Shown here: positions 1 to 10,776 of the stretch, one piece after another | Layout of the letters: each line of letters begins with the position of its first letter | How positions within the stretch are numbered: position 1 is the stretch's first letter | NCBI GenBank assembly: GCA_963665235.2 | Contig: CAXXLX010000001.1 | Coordinates: forward strand, 2,784,001 to 2,848,000 | Source of the DNA: Candidatus Poribacteria bacterium | GTDB lineage: Bacteria; Poribacteria; WGA-4E; WGA-3G | Direction of reading: 5' to 3' | DNA length: 64,000 nt | Translations under genes and position numbers: made by a program | The notes under the pieces: model-generated | What the model was told of the DNA's origin: nothing | What the model saw: the letters and a program-made list of their open reading frames with translations, nothing else | Databases searched by the model: none

Positions 1-1517
1 TGGGCAACGTCTTTGCCCCCCAAGCAGAAGATATATCTATTATTTGAACCGATGTAAAGTTTACCGTTGGCGATAGCCGGTGAGGAAAGGAGTTCCGTGC
101 CACGTGCAACGGTGTTTGTATCATATTTCCACATAATGTCGCCATCATCAATTGCAAGGCAGTAAATCAGACCCGCTTCCGTTGCAGCGTAAACTGCATC
201 TTGTGTAACCGCCGGTGATGAGACTATACCGGAACCGAGCGGGGTTTTCCAATGGAGGTCGCCCCCCGTAGCTGTAAATGTGTAAACGTGTCCATCGCGA
301 GAGCCGAAGGTTACAAAACCGTCATGTACAACAATTGCTGTGAAAACAGCGTCCGCTGCTTCATATTCCCAGGCAATGTCTCCGTTTTCAGTGTTAAGTG
401 CGACAACCTTTCCTTTCGGAATGGGTGCGCTTTCAGAAAAATTGCCCCTACCGAGGCCAAAAAAGACAAGGTTTTCATAACCACCCGGCGTACCCCAAAC
501 AGGATACGGCATCGGTTTTGACCAGACTTCTGCACCTGTATGTTCATCCACAGCATAAACTTTATACTGTCCGTAACCGGTGCCGAAATAGACCTTGCCA
601 TTTTTGACTAAGGGGGACATGTCGGCATGCACGGCGGGAAAATGCCAAATCTGCTCACCAGCGAGGGCATCAATGCAATAGACCCCATCTGCCCCGGCGG
701 TGAAGTAAAGCCTGCCATGTGTTATGAATGGCGTTGACTCAACATGACTCGCGGTTCTAAAATTCCAGATAGGGTCGCCAGTCTTTGCGTCAAGGCATCG
801 GAGGCTGCATCCATCATCATAATGAAAACCTTCGCCGATGTAAACTCTACCGGCTACAACGGCGGGTGAAGAAACGATTGGGATTTTAGAATCGTGCCGC
901 CAGACAACCTCTTGTGTATCCGTATTAATACAGTAAGTTGCACCGCTAACAGAAAAAACTGCACCATGGGTGGCACCGATATAAAGACGATTGCCGATGA
1001 TTGCAGGTGACGACAAGAATTGAACCGTTTTCGCACCCTTCGATTTGAAAACCCATGCAGGGGTTCCATTTGTCGGACCGGGCAGGTCATCAACATGCCC
1101 AGTACGGTTTGCATCTGCGCGAAACGTCGGCCATGTTGTGTGCGTTCTCACATTTGCTTCATCAGCACGCTGAATGCCGGTATCAATCGGAGCGGTGTTC
1201 TTGGGGATGCTCTTTCCAACAAGTTGATAGGTTAGCACCGCTAGGCCAATTAGCACAATGAGACTCACGACAGAGACAAGGATTCTGCGGAAAGACAGCA
1301 GGTCTCTCAGTTTGTAAAAGAACATCTTGGTCGTATCACGGGCAAAGACAAAACAGGTCAGAATAGCAACACCGATAAAGGCAAGAATCTGCGGGATTAT
1401 GGCAAGCAGCGTTGTCAAAGGCCCGAGCAGTTGCGGTATTACCGCATGCGCGGTCGTCGTGAAACAGACAAAAACCGATATGAGGCTTAAGGTCAGTATT
1501 CGTGTGGATTTTCTCAT
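1..1517 (-). CDS. Membrane-anchored PQQ-like (BamB-type) beta-propeller repeat protein, truncated by the window edge
   Basis: Not in the ORF track because it has no stop inside the window. Manual translation from ATG 1517: MRKSTRILTLSLIS... hydrophobic N-terminus, WPTFRADANRTG, then repeated SSPA(I/V)..GR(L/V)Y(I/F)G and D..TG...W propeller blades. Confidence 0.8.
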   Translation of the reverse strand, partial: MRKSTRILTLSLISVFVCFTTTAHAVIPQLLGPLTTLLAIIPQILAFIGVAILTCFVFARDTTKMFFYKLRDLLSFRRILVSVVSLIVLIGLAVLTYQLVGKSIPKNTAPIDTGIQRADEANVRTHTTWPTFRADANRTGHVDDLPGPTNGTPAWVFKSKGAKTVQFLSSPAIIGNRLYIGATHGAVFSVSGATYCINTDTQEVVWRHDSKIPIVSSPAVVAGRVYIGEGFHYDDGCSLRCLDAKTGDPIWNFRTASHVESTPFITHGRLYFTAGADGVYCIDALAGEQIWHFPAVHADMSPLVKNGKVYFGTGYGQYKVYAVDEHTGAEVWSKPMPYPVWGTPGGYENLVFFGLGRGNFSESAPIPKGKVVALNTENGDIAWEYEAADAVFTAIVVHDGFVTFGSRDGHVYTFTATGGDLHWKTPLGSGIVSSPAVTQDAVYAATEAGLIYCLAIDDGDIMWKYDTNTVARGTELLSSPAIANGKLYIGSNNRYIFCLGGKDVA

Positions 1518-1535
1518 TGCTTAATAACCCCCGTC

Positions 1536-2714
1536 CTATTTGGATTTCTCTAGAAACGCTACGGCGAAATGCATCAAGTTTTCAAGCATCGGACGATTTT
1601 GAGCAACCTGTTCTTTTCTATTGTTGTGGAGGTTCGTGATGAGATACATGCCTTTACCGTATCTTAATTTAGCGACAACAATTTCTTTACCCTTGTTAGT
1701 TGTTGCGAGCACCTCAAATTTATCGTTCCACCCGTTCCAGGAGTCGTCAAGCGAGAGTTGTCCTGAGCGGATTCGGTGCGGTGCTTTGAAAAGCGTGCCT
1801 GCTTTGGATGTGGGTTGGAAATCATTTCTGTGTGCGCTTTCTACCCCCTTCAGCGGTTCAGGTAACCATCCACTGCCACACGGTTTTCCGGTGTCACTAT
1901 CTTGTCCGGAGACAATCACAATCCCCCCGTTTTTCACAAAATCTTTAATCCGTTTTTCGTGCTTGCTGTTGAGCCAATATCTGCCATCTCTGCCGATGGA
2001 GCGGCACCCAATCCACAAGATATGAGCCTTGCTGAGCCCAGGTAGTTCGCGATTCGTTGTCTGATGGTGGGCAATCCAACGTTCCTGCACCTTGTTGATT
2101 TCGGAGATAACAGGATGTTCAACCTGATATTCTTTCGTATTGAAAAGCAGGAGTTGGAGTGCGTTTTCACCGAGCATCGCGCTTAACTCTTTCTGGAATT
2201 CGGGGGTTGAATCTCTTTTTGAGACTTTGTCCCTATTCAGGTATTTCTCGAAATGTGTAAAACCCCACCATCCCCAATCGCCTCGCTGTTTTGTGGCTTG
2301 GGTCTGAAACCATTTGCCTCTTGTATGTGCGAGGCTGTCGATGCGTCCACCGTCTTTCCGATAGCAGACGACAATCGGTTCATCATTTCTCAGAAATCGG
2401 CTGAGCTCTTCCCGCTGGTCCGCCTCACCTTTGAATACATCGAAGCGAATTTTGATTTCATCAAAGTCTCTGGCACCTTTGAGGTATTTCTCAACCTTAA
2501 CCTTAACCGTCTTTCTCTTCGTGTTAAGTTCGGTGACAGTGCCAAAAAGCACGTTAGTGCTTTCGCTAACGATTTGCGGGATGGTGTAACGGGCAGCGAT
2601 GTAGGACTCCGCACTCAACTGGACCAACATTATAAGACTCACAACAAACAGCCCGATACAGTGATAACGTTTAACTTTAAAATTTGGATTGCTAACCGAT
2701 GTTAGTTTTTGCAT
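1536..2714 (-). CDS. Secreted hypothetical protein with a C-terminal class-I glutamine-amidotransferase-like fold
   Basis: N-terminal signal-like stretch; IKDFVKNGGIVIV and YGKGMYL..N..LENL motifs typical of non-catalytic GATase-like domains. Confidence 0.55.
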   Translation of the reverse strand: MQKLTSVSNPNFKVKRYHCIGLFVVSLIMLVQLSAESYIAARYTIPQIVSESTNVLFGTVTELNTKRKTVKVKVEKYLKGARDFDEIKIRFDVFKGEADQREELSRFLRNDEPIVVCYRKDGGRIDSLAHTRGKWFQTQATKQRGDWGWWGFTHFEKYLNRDKVSKRDSTPEFQKELSAMLGENALQLLLFNTKEYQVEHPVISEINKVQERWIAHHQTTNRELPGLSKAHILWIGCRSIGRDGRYWLNSKHEKRIKDFVKNGGIVIVSGQDSDTGKPCGSGWLPEPLKGVESAHRNDFQPTSKAGTLFKAPHRIRSGQLSLDDSWNGWNDKFEVLATTNKGKEIVVAKLRYGKGMYLITNLHNNRKEQVAQNRPMLENLMHFAVAFLEKSK

Positions 2715-2804
2715 TGAAGGCTTTTCTCCTTTTGTGTATGTTTTTTAGTAGGGGGATGCGTTTGTATTAAAACGTCCCGTATCGTGCGTTTCGTTGTGAT
2801 AACA

Positions 2805-3917
2805 CTATTGCGACCGTCCTCTTGCAGCGATGTTCCACACAGATTCGACAATCCCGTTTCGGATGCCGTAATACTTGTCGTGAAGGTTAACGGTTGTACA
2901 ACAGTGTGTCGGTAAAATTTCCAGTTTATCCCCCGGTGCGAGGGGAATGTTTGTGTCGGTAACCAGCACTGTTCCATGCTCTTCGGAAAGCCCGGTCATC
3001 TCTAAGCCTGCCATACCCACCGGTTGCGGGATGCCGAACTCTTTGGCGAGCACTTTCATACCTGTATCCACAATGAGGCGATTCCGTTCAGGACGACTCA
3101 CAACAGTTGCCAAAACTGACAGCGCACACGCAAATTGTTCACCGACCCCTTCAACGCTGCCGTAGGTTGAATCCATGAAAACGTATGAACCTGCCTGTAC
3201 CTCTGTCATTTCGGGGAGGCTGCCTGTGATATTAAAGGTGCCGGTACCGCCGCCGCTCATAATTGAAACCGCTACATCATGTTTTTCGAGGTAATGTTTC
3301 GTGTCAATCAAATGTTGCATAGCTTCGCGTGTGGCGGTTTCTCTTTCAACGCGGTTCGGTTTTGCAACCGTGTGTCCCTCATACCCCATAAGTCCTTCAA
3401 ATATCAGGTTTGGACTTTTGCATATCTGTTGTGCCAATGTAAGCGCCGGTTGCCCGGGTTCAACGCCACAGCGGTCCATTCCGATGTTGACTTCCACTAA
3501 CATTCTGATGTTTACCCCTTTTGCCGATGCTGCATCGGAGATAGCCTGCACGTTCTCTGAATTGTCCACTGCGACCATAATCTCTGAATGCTTTGCGAGG
3601 TTGATGAGCCGTGCTATTTTGTGTGTGCCGACAACCTGATTGGCAATAAGGACATCCCGGATGCCAGCGTGAATTACCGCTTCTGCCTCCCCTAATTTGG
3701 CACACGTAACCCCGATTGCTTCGCCTGCAGCAATCTGTTTATGTGCAATAATCGGCGTTTTATGTGTTTTGACGTGCGGTCTAAGCACCGCGTTGACATT
3801 CGTAAAATAATTCGCCATCTTCTCTATGTTGGCTTCCATTTTATCCAGGTCAATCAGCAGAGCCGGGGTATCTAATTCAGTTTTGGACCGCCCGATAAAG
3901 GTGTCATTGGATTGCAT
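2805..3917 (-). CDS. DSD1 / D-threonine-aldolase-family PLP-dependent enzyme (alanine racemase fold)
   Basis: DTPALLIDLD, RPHVKTHK (PLP Lys), GYEGH, SGGGTGT, SEEHG and HCCTTVN motifs. Confidence 0.9.
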   Translation of the reverse strand: MQSNDTFIGRSKTELDTPALLIDLDKMEANIEKMANYFTNVNAVLRPHVKTHKTPIIAHKQIAAGEAIGVTCAKLGEAEAVIHAGIRDVLIANQVVGTHKIARLINLAKHSEIMVAVDNSENVQAISDAASAKGVNIRMLVEVNIGMDRCGVEPGQPALTLAQQICKSPNLIFEGLMGYEGHTVAKPNRVERETATREAMQHLIDTKHYLEKHDVAVSIMSGGGTGTFNITGSLPEMTEVQAGSYVFMDSTYGSVEGVGEQFACALSVLATVVSRPERNRLIVDTGMKVLAKEFGIPQPVGMAGLEMTGLSEEHGTVLVTDTNIPLAPGDKLEILPTHCCTTVNLHDKYYGIRNGIVESVWNIAARGRSQ

Positions 3918-3929
3918 AGCTGTATCCCT

Positions 3930-4883
3930 TCAAAGTTGTTTTACAGGATTTGACAACGTGCCGAACCCCTCAATTTCGATGTGGACGATATCGCCTGGGG
4001 CAAGCGGTAAATCGTTTGGGATGATGATACCGGTGCCAGTAGAGACAACAGTGCCAAACGGAATAGGGTTATCACGTATCAGGAATTCGGTAAGTTGTTC
4101 AAACTTCCAATTAATTTGGGAGGTGTTAACCTCACCGGCATAGATTTCTTCATCGTTCCGAAGGATATTACAGGTTATCTTTAGGTTGTAAGGGTCATCA
4201 ACTTCGGAGGGGGTGATAAACATAGGACCGAGGGCACAGCATCCGTAAAAGATTTTGGATTGCACCAGATAGAGCGGGTTCTCGCGTTCGATATCCCAGG
4301 CGGATACATCGTTACAGAGGGTGTATCCGAGGATATCCCCATCTCTGCCGAGTATATATGCGAGTTCAGGTTCCGGTGCGGTTAGGACAGAGTCGCTGCG
4401 GATACCGATAAAATCGTTGGGGCCGACACATCGTTCAGGCGTAGCTTTGAAAAAGATTTCGGGCCGGTCTGCGTTGTAAACCCGGCTGTAGATATCCTGC
4501 TCGCTATCGTCGTCGCGCATGTCCGCGCTCCGTTTATAGGTAACGCCACATCCCCACACTTCGGGGGTGTCAATCGGTGTCAAGAGGTGTGGAACATTTT
4601 CAGCCGGTGCAACGTTTAGCTTCTCAAACGTCAGACCGTTCTCTTTCGTCAAATCCGGCTCATCGCCTGGGCGTGTCGGGAAGCGCATCGGTGGCGGTGT
4701 TGACACCTGCTCCTGTATGTCAGCGAGGAGCACACCGAGGCTCACGCGCTCTTCATTGGCAAGTGCGAGGACCTCTAACACGCCTGGGGATTCATCGCTC
4801 GTTACGTCGATGACCTCATGTTCGCGGGTAACAATCCCGACCCGTTTGCCTAAGTTCGGTAAGTGAAATTGAATCAGTTTCAT
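3930..4883 (-). CDS. Fumarylacetoacetate hydrolase family protein (2-keto-3-deoxy-pentonate dehydratase-like)
   Basis: EVWGCGVTYKRS, RPEIFFK, PEPEL, NDVSAWDIERENPLYL, STGTG. Confidence 0.85.
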   Translation of the reverse strand: MKLIQFHLPNLGKRVGIVTREHEVIDVTSDESPGVLEVLALANEERVSLGVLLADIQEQVSTPPPMRFPTRPGDEPDLTKENGLTFEKLNVAPAENVPHLLTPIDTPEVWGCGVTYKRSADMRDDDSEQDIYSRVYNADRPEIFFKATPERCVGPNDFIGIRSDSVLTAPEPELAYILGRDGDILGYTLCNDVSAWDIERENPLYLVQSKIFYGCCALGPMFITPSEVDDPYNLKITCNILRNDEEIYAGEVNTSQINWKFEQLTEFLIRDNPIPFGTVVSTGTGIIIPNDLPLAPGDIVHIEIEGFGTLSNPVKQL

Positions 4884-4918
4884 CGTTTTCCAAACATCTC
4901 TGTAGTTTGAGGTGCACG

Positions 4919-5536
4919 TTAATCTATCTCAGGAACCAGGGCAGTTTTCTCAAGAAGATTGATAACTTTCTGTGCACATTCCGTAATGGATAGGTCAGCC
5001 GTATTCACAATAACTTCTGCATTGTGCGGTGGTTCGTAGGGGGCACTGATACCCGTAAATTCCTTAATTTCTCCGGCGCGTGCTTTTTTGTATAACCCCT
5101 TCGGGTCACGTTCTTCGCAGACTTCAAGTGGACATTCAACGAAGACTTCAACGAATCTGCCTTCGGCGATGAGATGTCGTGCCTGAGCCCGATCGGCGCG
5201 ATAGGGGGAAATAAACGCTGTTATGACGACGGTCCCCGCATCTACGAAAAGTTTTGCGACTTCACCGACGCGCCGAATATTTTCCTCCCGGTCAGCGGGA
5301 GAGAAGCCTAAATTTTTGTTCAAACCGTGCCGTACATTGTCGCCATCTAGCACATACGTATGATGATTTCGCTGGTGTAAAAGGTATGCCACCGCGTTTG
5401 CTAATGTTGATTTGCCCGACCCGGAAAGCCCGGTGAACCAAATCACACAGCCTTTCTGGTTGAGCAGTTGTTCTCTGTCTTCCGCTGTGACAGTCGCTTG
5501 ATGCCACGTAATATTGGTCGCTTTCTGTTCTACCAA
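4919..5536 (-). CDS. cysC: Adenylyl-sulfate kinase
   Basis: [38 protein letters not shown]. Start moved to TTG 5536, behind a GAGGA RBS. Confidence 0.95.
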   Translation of the reverse strand: MVEQKATNITWHQATVTAEDREQLLNQKGCVIWFTGLSGSGKSTLANAVAYLLHQRNHHTYVLDGDNVRHGLNKNLGFSPADREENIRRVGEVAKLFVDAGTVVITAFISPYRADRAQARHLIAEGRFVEVFVECPLEVCEERDPKGLYKKARAGEIKEFTGISAPYEPPHNAEVIVNTADLSITECAQKVINLLEKTALVPEID

Positions 5537-5670
5537 TCGATTATTCCTCGTGATTTCCTTAATTGCAATATATGTTCTGTAGGTTGCTCGTCTCAATTGG
5601 CGTGTTTCCCATAAAAAATAGTATACCAAAAATATAGCCGAGTGTGCAACCCTTTTTTCAGTTAATGTAT

Positions 5671-5700
5671 ATTATAACACTATCTCAACCTTAATTGCAA
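5671..5700 (-). promoter_or_regulatory. Sigma70-like promoter for the cysC-FAH-DSD1 run
   Basis: Minus strand TTGCAA-18 nt-TATAAT with an extended -10 TG. Confidence 0.55.
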
Positions 5701-5739
5701 AAATTTTTCACTGTGAGGGGGGTGTCAATAGTTTGCGAA

Positions 5740-6375
5740 TCATATAAGAATTTTCTTGTAGACAAAATCCAGCCATCTGTTTTGCGGGGGTATAATTTGC
5801 GGTTTCGGTGAAAGTGGAGTCCAATACGGCTGAAAAATATGCCCCAGATCACTTTTCAATTCCCATATATCTTCCGTTTTCTCTTGTGTGGACATAAGGA
5901 AAAAGTGTCTTTTTTTCTGTGCGCTAAGGTTTTCGTTCGGCACCCACCCCGTAATCTTATAGTCAATGCAGGTGGGATTAAAGTGTTTGTCGTATTCGTA
6001 TTCAGTATATGAAATATGTGTAAAATCTTCTTGTGTAGCACGGTAATCGACGGTAAGTCCCCTGGTTAATTTCCGTTTGTAGGGGATTGCGTTTAAGTCC
6101 GGGTTGATATAAACTTGAGTCGTCTCGGTGATAATTCTTTGGCGTTCACTCAATTCGTTTTCAATACAACCCAGATATTTTTCAATTTTTACGTTCTGTA
6201 ATCCGGTTTCTTCGGCTGTTTCTCGCTGGACGGCTGTTTCGATATCTTCATCCGCTTCAACGGAGCCCGCTGGGATTTGGATGCCTGCGGTGGGGTGTTT
6301 AAAGACGAGCAACATCTTGATACCGTTTCTTTCCTGTGTGATAAAGGCGGAAACCTTTTCAATGGGGTTGTTCAC
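5740..6375 (-). CDS. NUDIX hydrolase
   Basis: Nudix box PAGSVEADEDIETAVQRETAEETGL. Probable start GTG 6375 overlaps the hsdR 3' end. Confidence 0.85.
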   Translation of the reverse strand: MNNPIEKVSAFITQERNGIKMLLVFKHPTAGIQIPAGSVEADEDIETAVQRETAEETGLQNVKIEKYLGCIENELSERQRIITETTQVYINPDLNAIPYKRKLTRGLTVDYRATQEDFTHISYTEYEYDKHFNPTCIDYKITGWVPNENLSAQKKRHFFLMSTQEKTEDIWELKSDLGHIFQPYWTPLSPKPQIIPPQNRWLDFVYKKILI

Positions 6376-9300
6376 TATAAACGCTTCTCTCTTCACCATA
6401 GTAAGAATCATAGATATGCTGATAAACTGACTCAGATTTTTGATGGAACAGCTCTCGCGTGTAGCATTCGGGCAGGTCTTCACCAAGTATATTGTCAACG
6501 ACAAGTCTGACTTGTGCGCGTGTTTGTGTCTGTTTACGCCAATCCAAAACCAGCTTCTCTCGCTTGAGCGTCTCAAGCAATTTCCTCACAGTAGTTTTTA
6601 CCTCGTCTCTTTCAGGAACAGTGAGTTGGGGCTCGGGTTGTGTCAACAGATCGAACACCGCCAATTCCTCTTCAGAAAAGTTTTCAGCCTTGGCGCGTTG
6701 GTATTCCTGCTGAAGTTCGCCAGCGAAGTTGAAAAGCCCCTCAACGTAATTATCAATACTAAGAGTGCCTGCGTTGTATTCCGCAATCATCTGCTCAAAT
6801 TTCGTCTGATAATCCATCCGACTTCTGTTGAGGCGAATCATCGCGGCGAGTTCGCTGTTGAGCGCACCTCTGAGCCGTTCCGCCTCAACGCGTTTGTATT
6901 CCGTATTGAATTGTTCGCTTAACTGGTCAAAATCAATTTGGCTTAAATCTATCGGCCCTGTATCGTAGGCATCCGGCGGTACTTGAATGAGATAGGCTTC
7001 AGATGCAATGGACCGGTCGAGTAGGTCCTCTACTTGTGTCATCACCCCGGAGATGTCAGCGGGTGGCGTTAAATTCCTTATTTTCTGTGCGATAATATTG
7101 ATTAGTTGGCAAATTCTGGTAAACGCATACACATCGGGGTCGGGTAGAATCGCTCTGTAGAGTTTCGTGACGTTCGTTGCAAATTGCAGATAACGTTTTT
7201 TGGTTTCATCGTTAATCAGGATGCGTTCCATTAACTGGTTGATGTGACTGACCTTTTGCCAAGTGTCATCCGTTTGGGTTTCTGTCAAGTCAACACCGAG
7301 GCCTTCACAGAATGCGGTGATTTCGATGATTGCCTCTCTAAGTTTTTCAACCAATTCCGACTTATCTGCAATCGGTTTCTTGCCCTCCACATCGGGCCCA
7401 GTTGCATAAATCGCTAACGCCTTTTCAAGATTACGGAAGACCCCGATGTAGTCAACAATCAAACCGTTGTTTTTATCACCGAAGACGCGGTTGGCTCTGG
7501 CGATAGTTTGCATCAAGGTATGGTTTCGCTGCGGTTTGTCCAGATAGATTGTAGAACAGGATGGCACGTCAAAACCTGTAATCCACATTGCACAAAGGAA
7601 AACAATACGGAACGGAGCATCAGGGTCTTTAAATTTGGTCTCTAAATCCTCCGTGTTCATACGCCTGCGGTGCGGCGTGATGTCCACACCCTTTTGACTG
7701 AGGTCATCGATTTCATTTTGTCCCGGAGAAACTACAACCGCCATATCGGTCTCTTCCATGTAATGAATCCTTTCCTCTAAAAAGCCTCGCTTGCTACCGG
7801 TCTGTGTGGTTCGTTCCGATTTTAGACGTTCGGTCTCCCGTTTCCAATGTTTCTGTACCTTATCGTACATCTTGACAGCAGTCGCTTTGTCAATTGAGAT
7901 GACCATCGCTTTCCCCTGATACCCTCTGCCCATAAAGTGCTTAACGATATCTTCGGCGATGGTTTCCAATCGTTCATCACGTGTGATCAGATGATATTCT
8001 CTGGCAAACTCGTGTTCGAGCTTAGCCTCTTGTGCTTCGTCCAGCTCGGCATCTTCAAGAATCTGTTCCATGTCCTCGTTGAAGTTTTCATTTGTCAGTT
8101 GTAAGGCAGGCACACGGTTTTCATAATAGAGCGGGACAGTTGCACCGTCGAGGATAGATTGTTTAAAGTCATAAACGCTTACATAGTCCCCGAACACCGA
8201 TTTTGTTTTTTCTTCACCTGCTATAAGCGGCGTGCCGGTAAATGCAATGAACGCGGCATTGGGGAGCGCGGTACGCATATTCAACGCCAATGTATCGTAT
8301 TGACTGCGGTGCGCCTCATCGGTGATGACGACGATGTCTGACCGCTCCGAGAGAACGGGGTGCCGCTCGCCATCTCGCGTCTGGAACTTGTGAATCAGCG
8401 TAAAGATATAGCGATGGTCTTCACTGAGGAGTTGGCGAAGATGGCGGACACTTTCCGCATGAACTTCTTGCTGCATCAGGACACCACTTGCACTCGCGAA
8501 GGTCTTATAGATTTGATTGTCCAACTCCTTCCGATCGGTTACGACAACGAATGTCCAGTTTCCCGGTAGTTTTCTAAGCACCTTCTGTGCAAAGAGGAGC
8601 ATAGAGATACTTTTCCCGCTGCCCTGTGTATGCCAAAACACACCAAGTTTGCCTCGGTTATCTTCAATCTCCTTTAGCGATTGGATTGTGTTGTTGACAC
8701 CGAGGTATTGATGATTTTTGGCGAGAATTTTGACGGAGCCCCCTTGTGCTTCCATAAACAGGATAAAGTTCTCAACAACATCAAGTAATCTTTGGTGTTC
8801 ACAAAGTACCTGCAGCATCGTTGCCAAAGAGGCTTCGGGGGTTTCATCTTCACGATGCCTCCGCTTCCATTCAGCAAAGTGTTCCCAACTTGCTGTGAGG
8901 CTACCAACCTTACTGTCTGTGCCATTAGATAGGATAATGAAGCCGTTGTACCAGAAAAGGTGAGGGATTGTGTCTTTGTAGTCGCGGAGGTTGCCGTTAT
9001 AAGCCGCGTAGAGGTTCACGTCAATCCGTTTGAATTCCATCAGGACAAGTGGAAGCCCGTTGACGAAACAGACGAGGTCCGGACGTTTGGTATACATGTC
9101 ACCGGTAATCGAGAATTGCGATGCTGCGAAGAAATCATTATTCTCCGGCTGTTCCCAGTCTATAACCTGAAGGACTTCAACGGATTCAGCTTCAGCATTG
9201 GGCTCGGTTATAACCACCGTCACACCATCTTTCAGAAGACTATAAATCTCGCGATTGGCTTCAACAAGACTCATAGATTTGCGGGAGCGGGTGAGCTCTT

Positions 9301-9523
9301 CAATCGCAGCAGCGATGGCCTCCTGCGTCGCTTCAGGATTGAGCCGTTCCAATGCGGACTGAAGTCTGGCGGTTAGCACAACTTCGGATTTGGTTTCCCT
9401 ACCGACCGGACTTTCATCGCCGTGACTGAATTCGCTATAGCAGTTTCGCGTCTCCCACCCCATTTCTGCTAGCAGTGCAATTGCGGGTTGTTCTATGAGT
9501 TCATCTTCGCTGTATGCGTTCAT
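6359..9523 (-). CDS. hsdR: Type I restriction enzyme R subunit
   Basis: PD..MEFK nuclease motif, HTQGSGKS, DEAH, FTGTP, TGFD and QTIARANR helicase motifs; 1054 aa. Confidence 0.97.
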   Translation of the reverse strand: MNAYSEDELIEQPAIALLAEMGWETRNCYSEFSHGDESPVGRETKSEVVLTARLQSALERLNPEATQEAIAAAIEELTRSRKSMSLVEANREIYSLLKDGVTVVITEPNAEAESVEVLQVIDWEQPENNDFFAASQFSITGDMYTKRPDLVCFVNGLPLVLMEFKRIDVNLYAAYNGNLRDYKDTIPHLFWYNGFIILSNGTDSKVGSLTASWEHFAEWKRRHREDETPEASLATMLQVLCEHQRLLDVVENFILFMEAQGGSVKILAKNHQYLGVNNTIQSLKEIEDNRGKLGVFWHTQGSGKSISMLLFAQKVLRKLPGNWTFVVVTDRKELDNQIYKTFASASGVLMQQEVHAESVRHLRQLLSEDHRYIFTLIHKFQTRDGERHPVLSERSDIVVITDEAHRSQYDTLALNMRTALPNAAFIAFTGTPLIAGEEKTKSVFGDYVSVYDFKQSILDGATVPLYYENRVPALQLTNENFNEDMEQILEDAELDEAQEAKLEHEFAREYHLITRDERLETIAEDIVKHFMGRGYQGKAMVISIDKATAVKMYDKVQKHWKRETERLKSERTTQTGSKRGFLEERIHYMEETDMAVVVSPGQNEIDDLSQKGVDITPHRRRMNTEDLETKFKDPDAPFRIVFLCAMWITGFDVPSCSTIYLDKPQRNHTLMQTIARANRVFGDKNNGLIVDYIGVFRNLEKALAIYATGPDVEGKKPIADKSELVEKLREAIIEITAFCEGLGVDLTETQTDDTWQKVSHINQLMERILINDETKKRYLQFATNVTKLYRAILPDPDVYAFTRICQLINIIAQKIRNLTPPADISGVMTQVEDLLDRSIASEAYLIQVPPDAYDTGPIDLSQIDFDQLSEQFNTEYKRVEAERLRGALNSELAAMIRLNRSRMDYQTKFEQMIAEYNAGTLSIDNYVEGLFNFAGELQQEYQRAKAENFSEEELAVFDLLTQPEPQLTVPERDEVKTTVRKLLETLKREKLVLDWRKQTQTRAQVRLVVDNILGEDLPECYTRELFHQKSESVYQHIYDSYYGEERSVYSEQPH

Positions 9524-9633
9524 TTGTTCCGATTAGATTGCAGCTCTACCAACTGCTCGCGCTCAGCTTTGGGCAGTTGATGTATGAGTGATAATAGTTT
9601 TTCGAGGGTTATCGGTTCAGAAATTTGAATCAT
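9520..9633 (-). CDS. 37-aa small protein, antitoxin-like, translationally coupled to hsdR
   Basis: GGAGG RBS and ATG 9633: MIQISEPITLEKLLSLIHQLPKAEREQLVELQSNRNK. Its TGA overlaps the hsdR ATG (ATGA). Confidence 0.55.
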   Translation of the reverse strand: MIQISEPITLEKLLSLIHQLPKAEREQLVELQSNRNK

Positions 9634-9664
9634 TGCAATTTACCCTCCAAGAAGTTATCGGTTT

Positions 9665-10207
9665 TCAGGCGCGTTCACGCCTCACCTCTGCAAGTGCTTC
9701 CTCAAAATCACGTATTACCTCTTCCTCTGGCGTATCAGCAAACTTAGCGTGGAAATAGGCAAGGGTTTTATCCCACTCCTCCCGAAACTTTTTGCGCTCA
9801 CTCTCAACTTCGGTGCGGAAGCGCGAAACGATGTTCTGCCACTGCGTTGGTGTACCAGATTCGCCTTTCTGAATATCGGGTGCGAAAAACACCTTGTCAG
9901 ACAAATTACAATCTTTGACGATTCGTTTAACCTCACTAACAATAGGTTTTGACACATCCTGTCGTTGCTGATCGGAATCAACGATAAAAATAATATAGCT
10001 ATCTTGCTTGAGATAATGCCCAATTGCCTTCCTTAGGCTGCTGCTTATAAGTGTGCCTTTTCTATGGCACTTGCGAAGTGTACTTCTTCCGGCTGTTCGG
10101 ATACCGATATCCCCAACCTGTCTCAATCTGATAAATTCATTTTCCAAAAACTTGACTGCTTTGGCATCACAATCCGATAGTAAATTCCAAACTCGGACGC
10201 TTAGCAT
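9665..10207 (-). CDS. Degenerate TOPRIM/DUF4276-like protein with an antitoxin-like C-terminal tail (paralog B)
   Basis: GGAGGAG RBS and ATG 10207; VRVWNLLSDCDAK...IIFIVDSD; paralogous to 10228..10776. Confidence 0.6.
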   Translation of the reverse strand: MLSVRVWNLLSDCDAKAVKFLENEFIRLRQVGDIGIRTAGRSTLRKCHRKGTLISSSLRKAIGHYLKQDSYIIFIVDSDQQRQDVSKPIVSEVKRIVKDCNLSDKVFFAPDIQKGESGTPTQWQNIVSRFRTEVESERKKFREEWDKTLAYFHAKFADTPEEEVIRDFEEALAEVRRERA

Positions 10208-10227
10208 ACTGGCTCCTCCGTAAACAA

Positions 10228-10776
10228 CTACCGGGTGCATTCACGATCCTCGTGGATGAGATCGTCAACAAAATTTTCACGCTCGGTTTCAGTCATCGTG
10301 TCCCAATCTAAACCGCGCGAGGCACATAATTGTCGAAACCGCGTTTCGGCGTAAACCATACGTTTTGCTCGAGCGGGCTCTTCAATTCCCAGATGCACTT
10401 GCCACAACCGCGCTTCAAGTTCCGGAACCCCCAGCGCGAAAAACACTTTGCCCGCAAAGCTGGGGTCCGCAACAATCTGTTTAATCTGTTTAACAAGTGC
10501 TCCCGACTTTTGTAGTTGAGTCCCGTTCGGCACAGACTCTTGACTGTTAGCTATGAAAATAACGTAGTCATCTTGCTTGAGGTAATGCCGTACTGCCTTT
10601 TTCAGGTTGCCATTCAAAGATTCGACGCTCACATTAGGCATCGGGAACGCTTTGCTGCCAGCTGTTTGAATAGACAGATTACCGAGTTTCAAGTCTGTCG
10701 CTAAACGATTTCCCAAAGATTTAAGAACTTTAGCATCGTAATTAGATTCCACAGTCCAAATTCTTATGTTTGTCAT
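10228..10776 (-). CDS. Degenerate TOPRIM/DUF4276-like protein with an antitoxin-like C-terminal tail (paralog A)
   Basis: IRIWTVESNYDAK...VIFIANS...VPELEA; 4-nt overlap with the upstream ATPase. Confidence 0.6.
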   Translation of the reverse strand: MTNIRIWTVESNYDAKVLKSLGNRLATDLKLGNLSIQTAGSKAFPMPNVSVESLNGNLKKAVRHYLKQDDYVIFIANSQESVPNGTQLQKSGALVKQIKQIVADPSFAGKVFFALGVPELEARLWQVHLGIEEPARAKRMVYAETRFRQLCASRGLDWDTMTETERENFVDDLIHEDRECTR

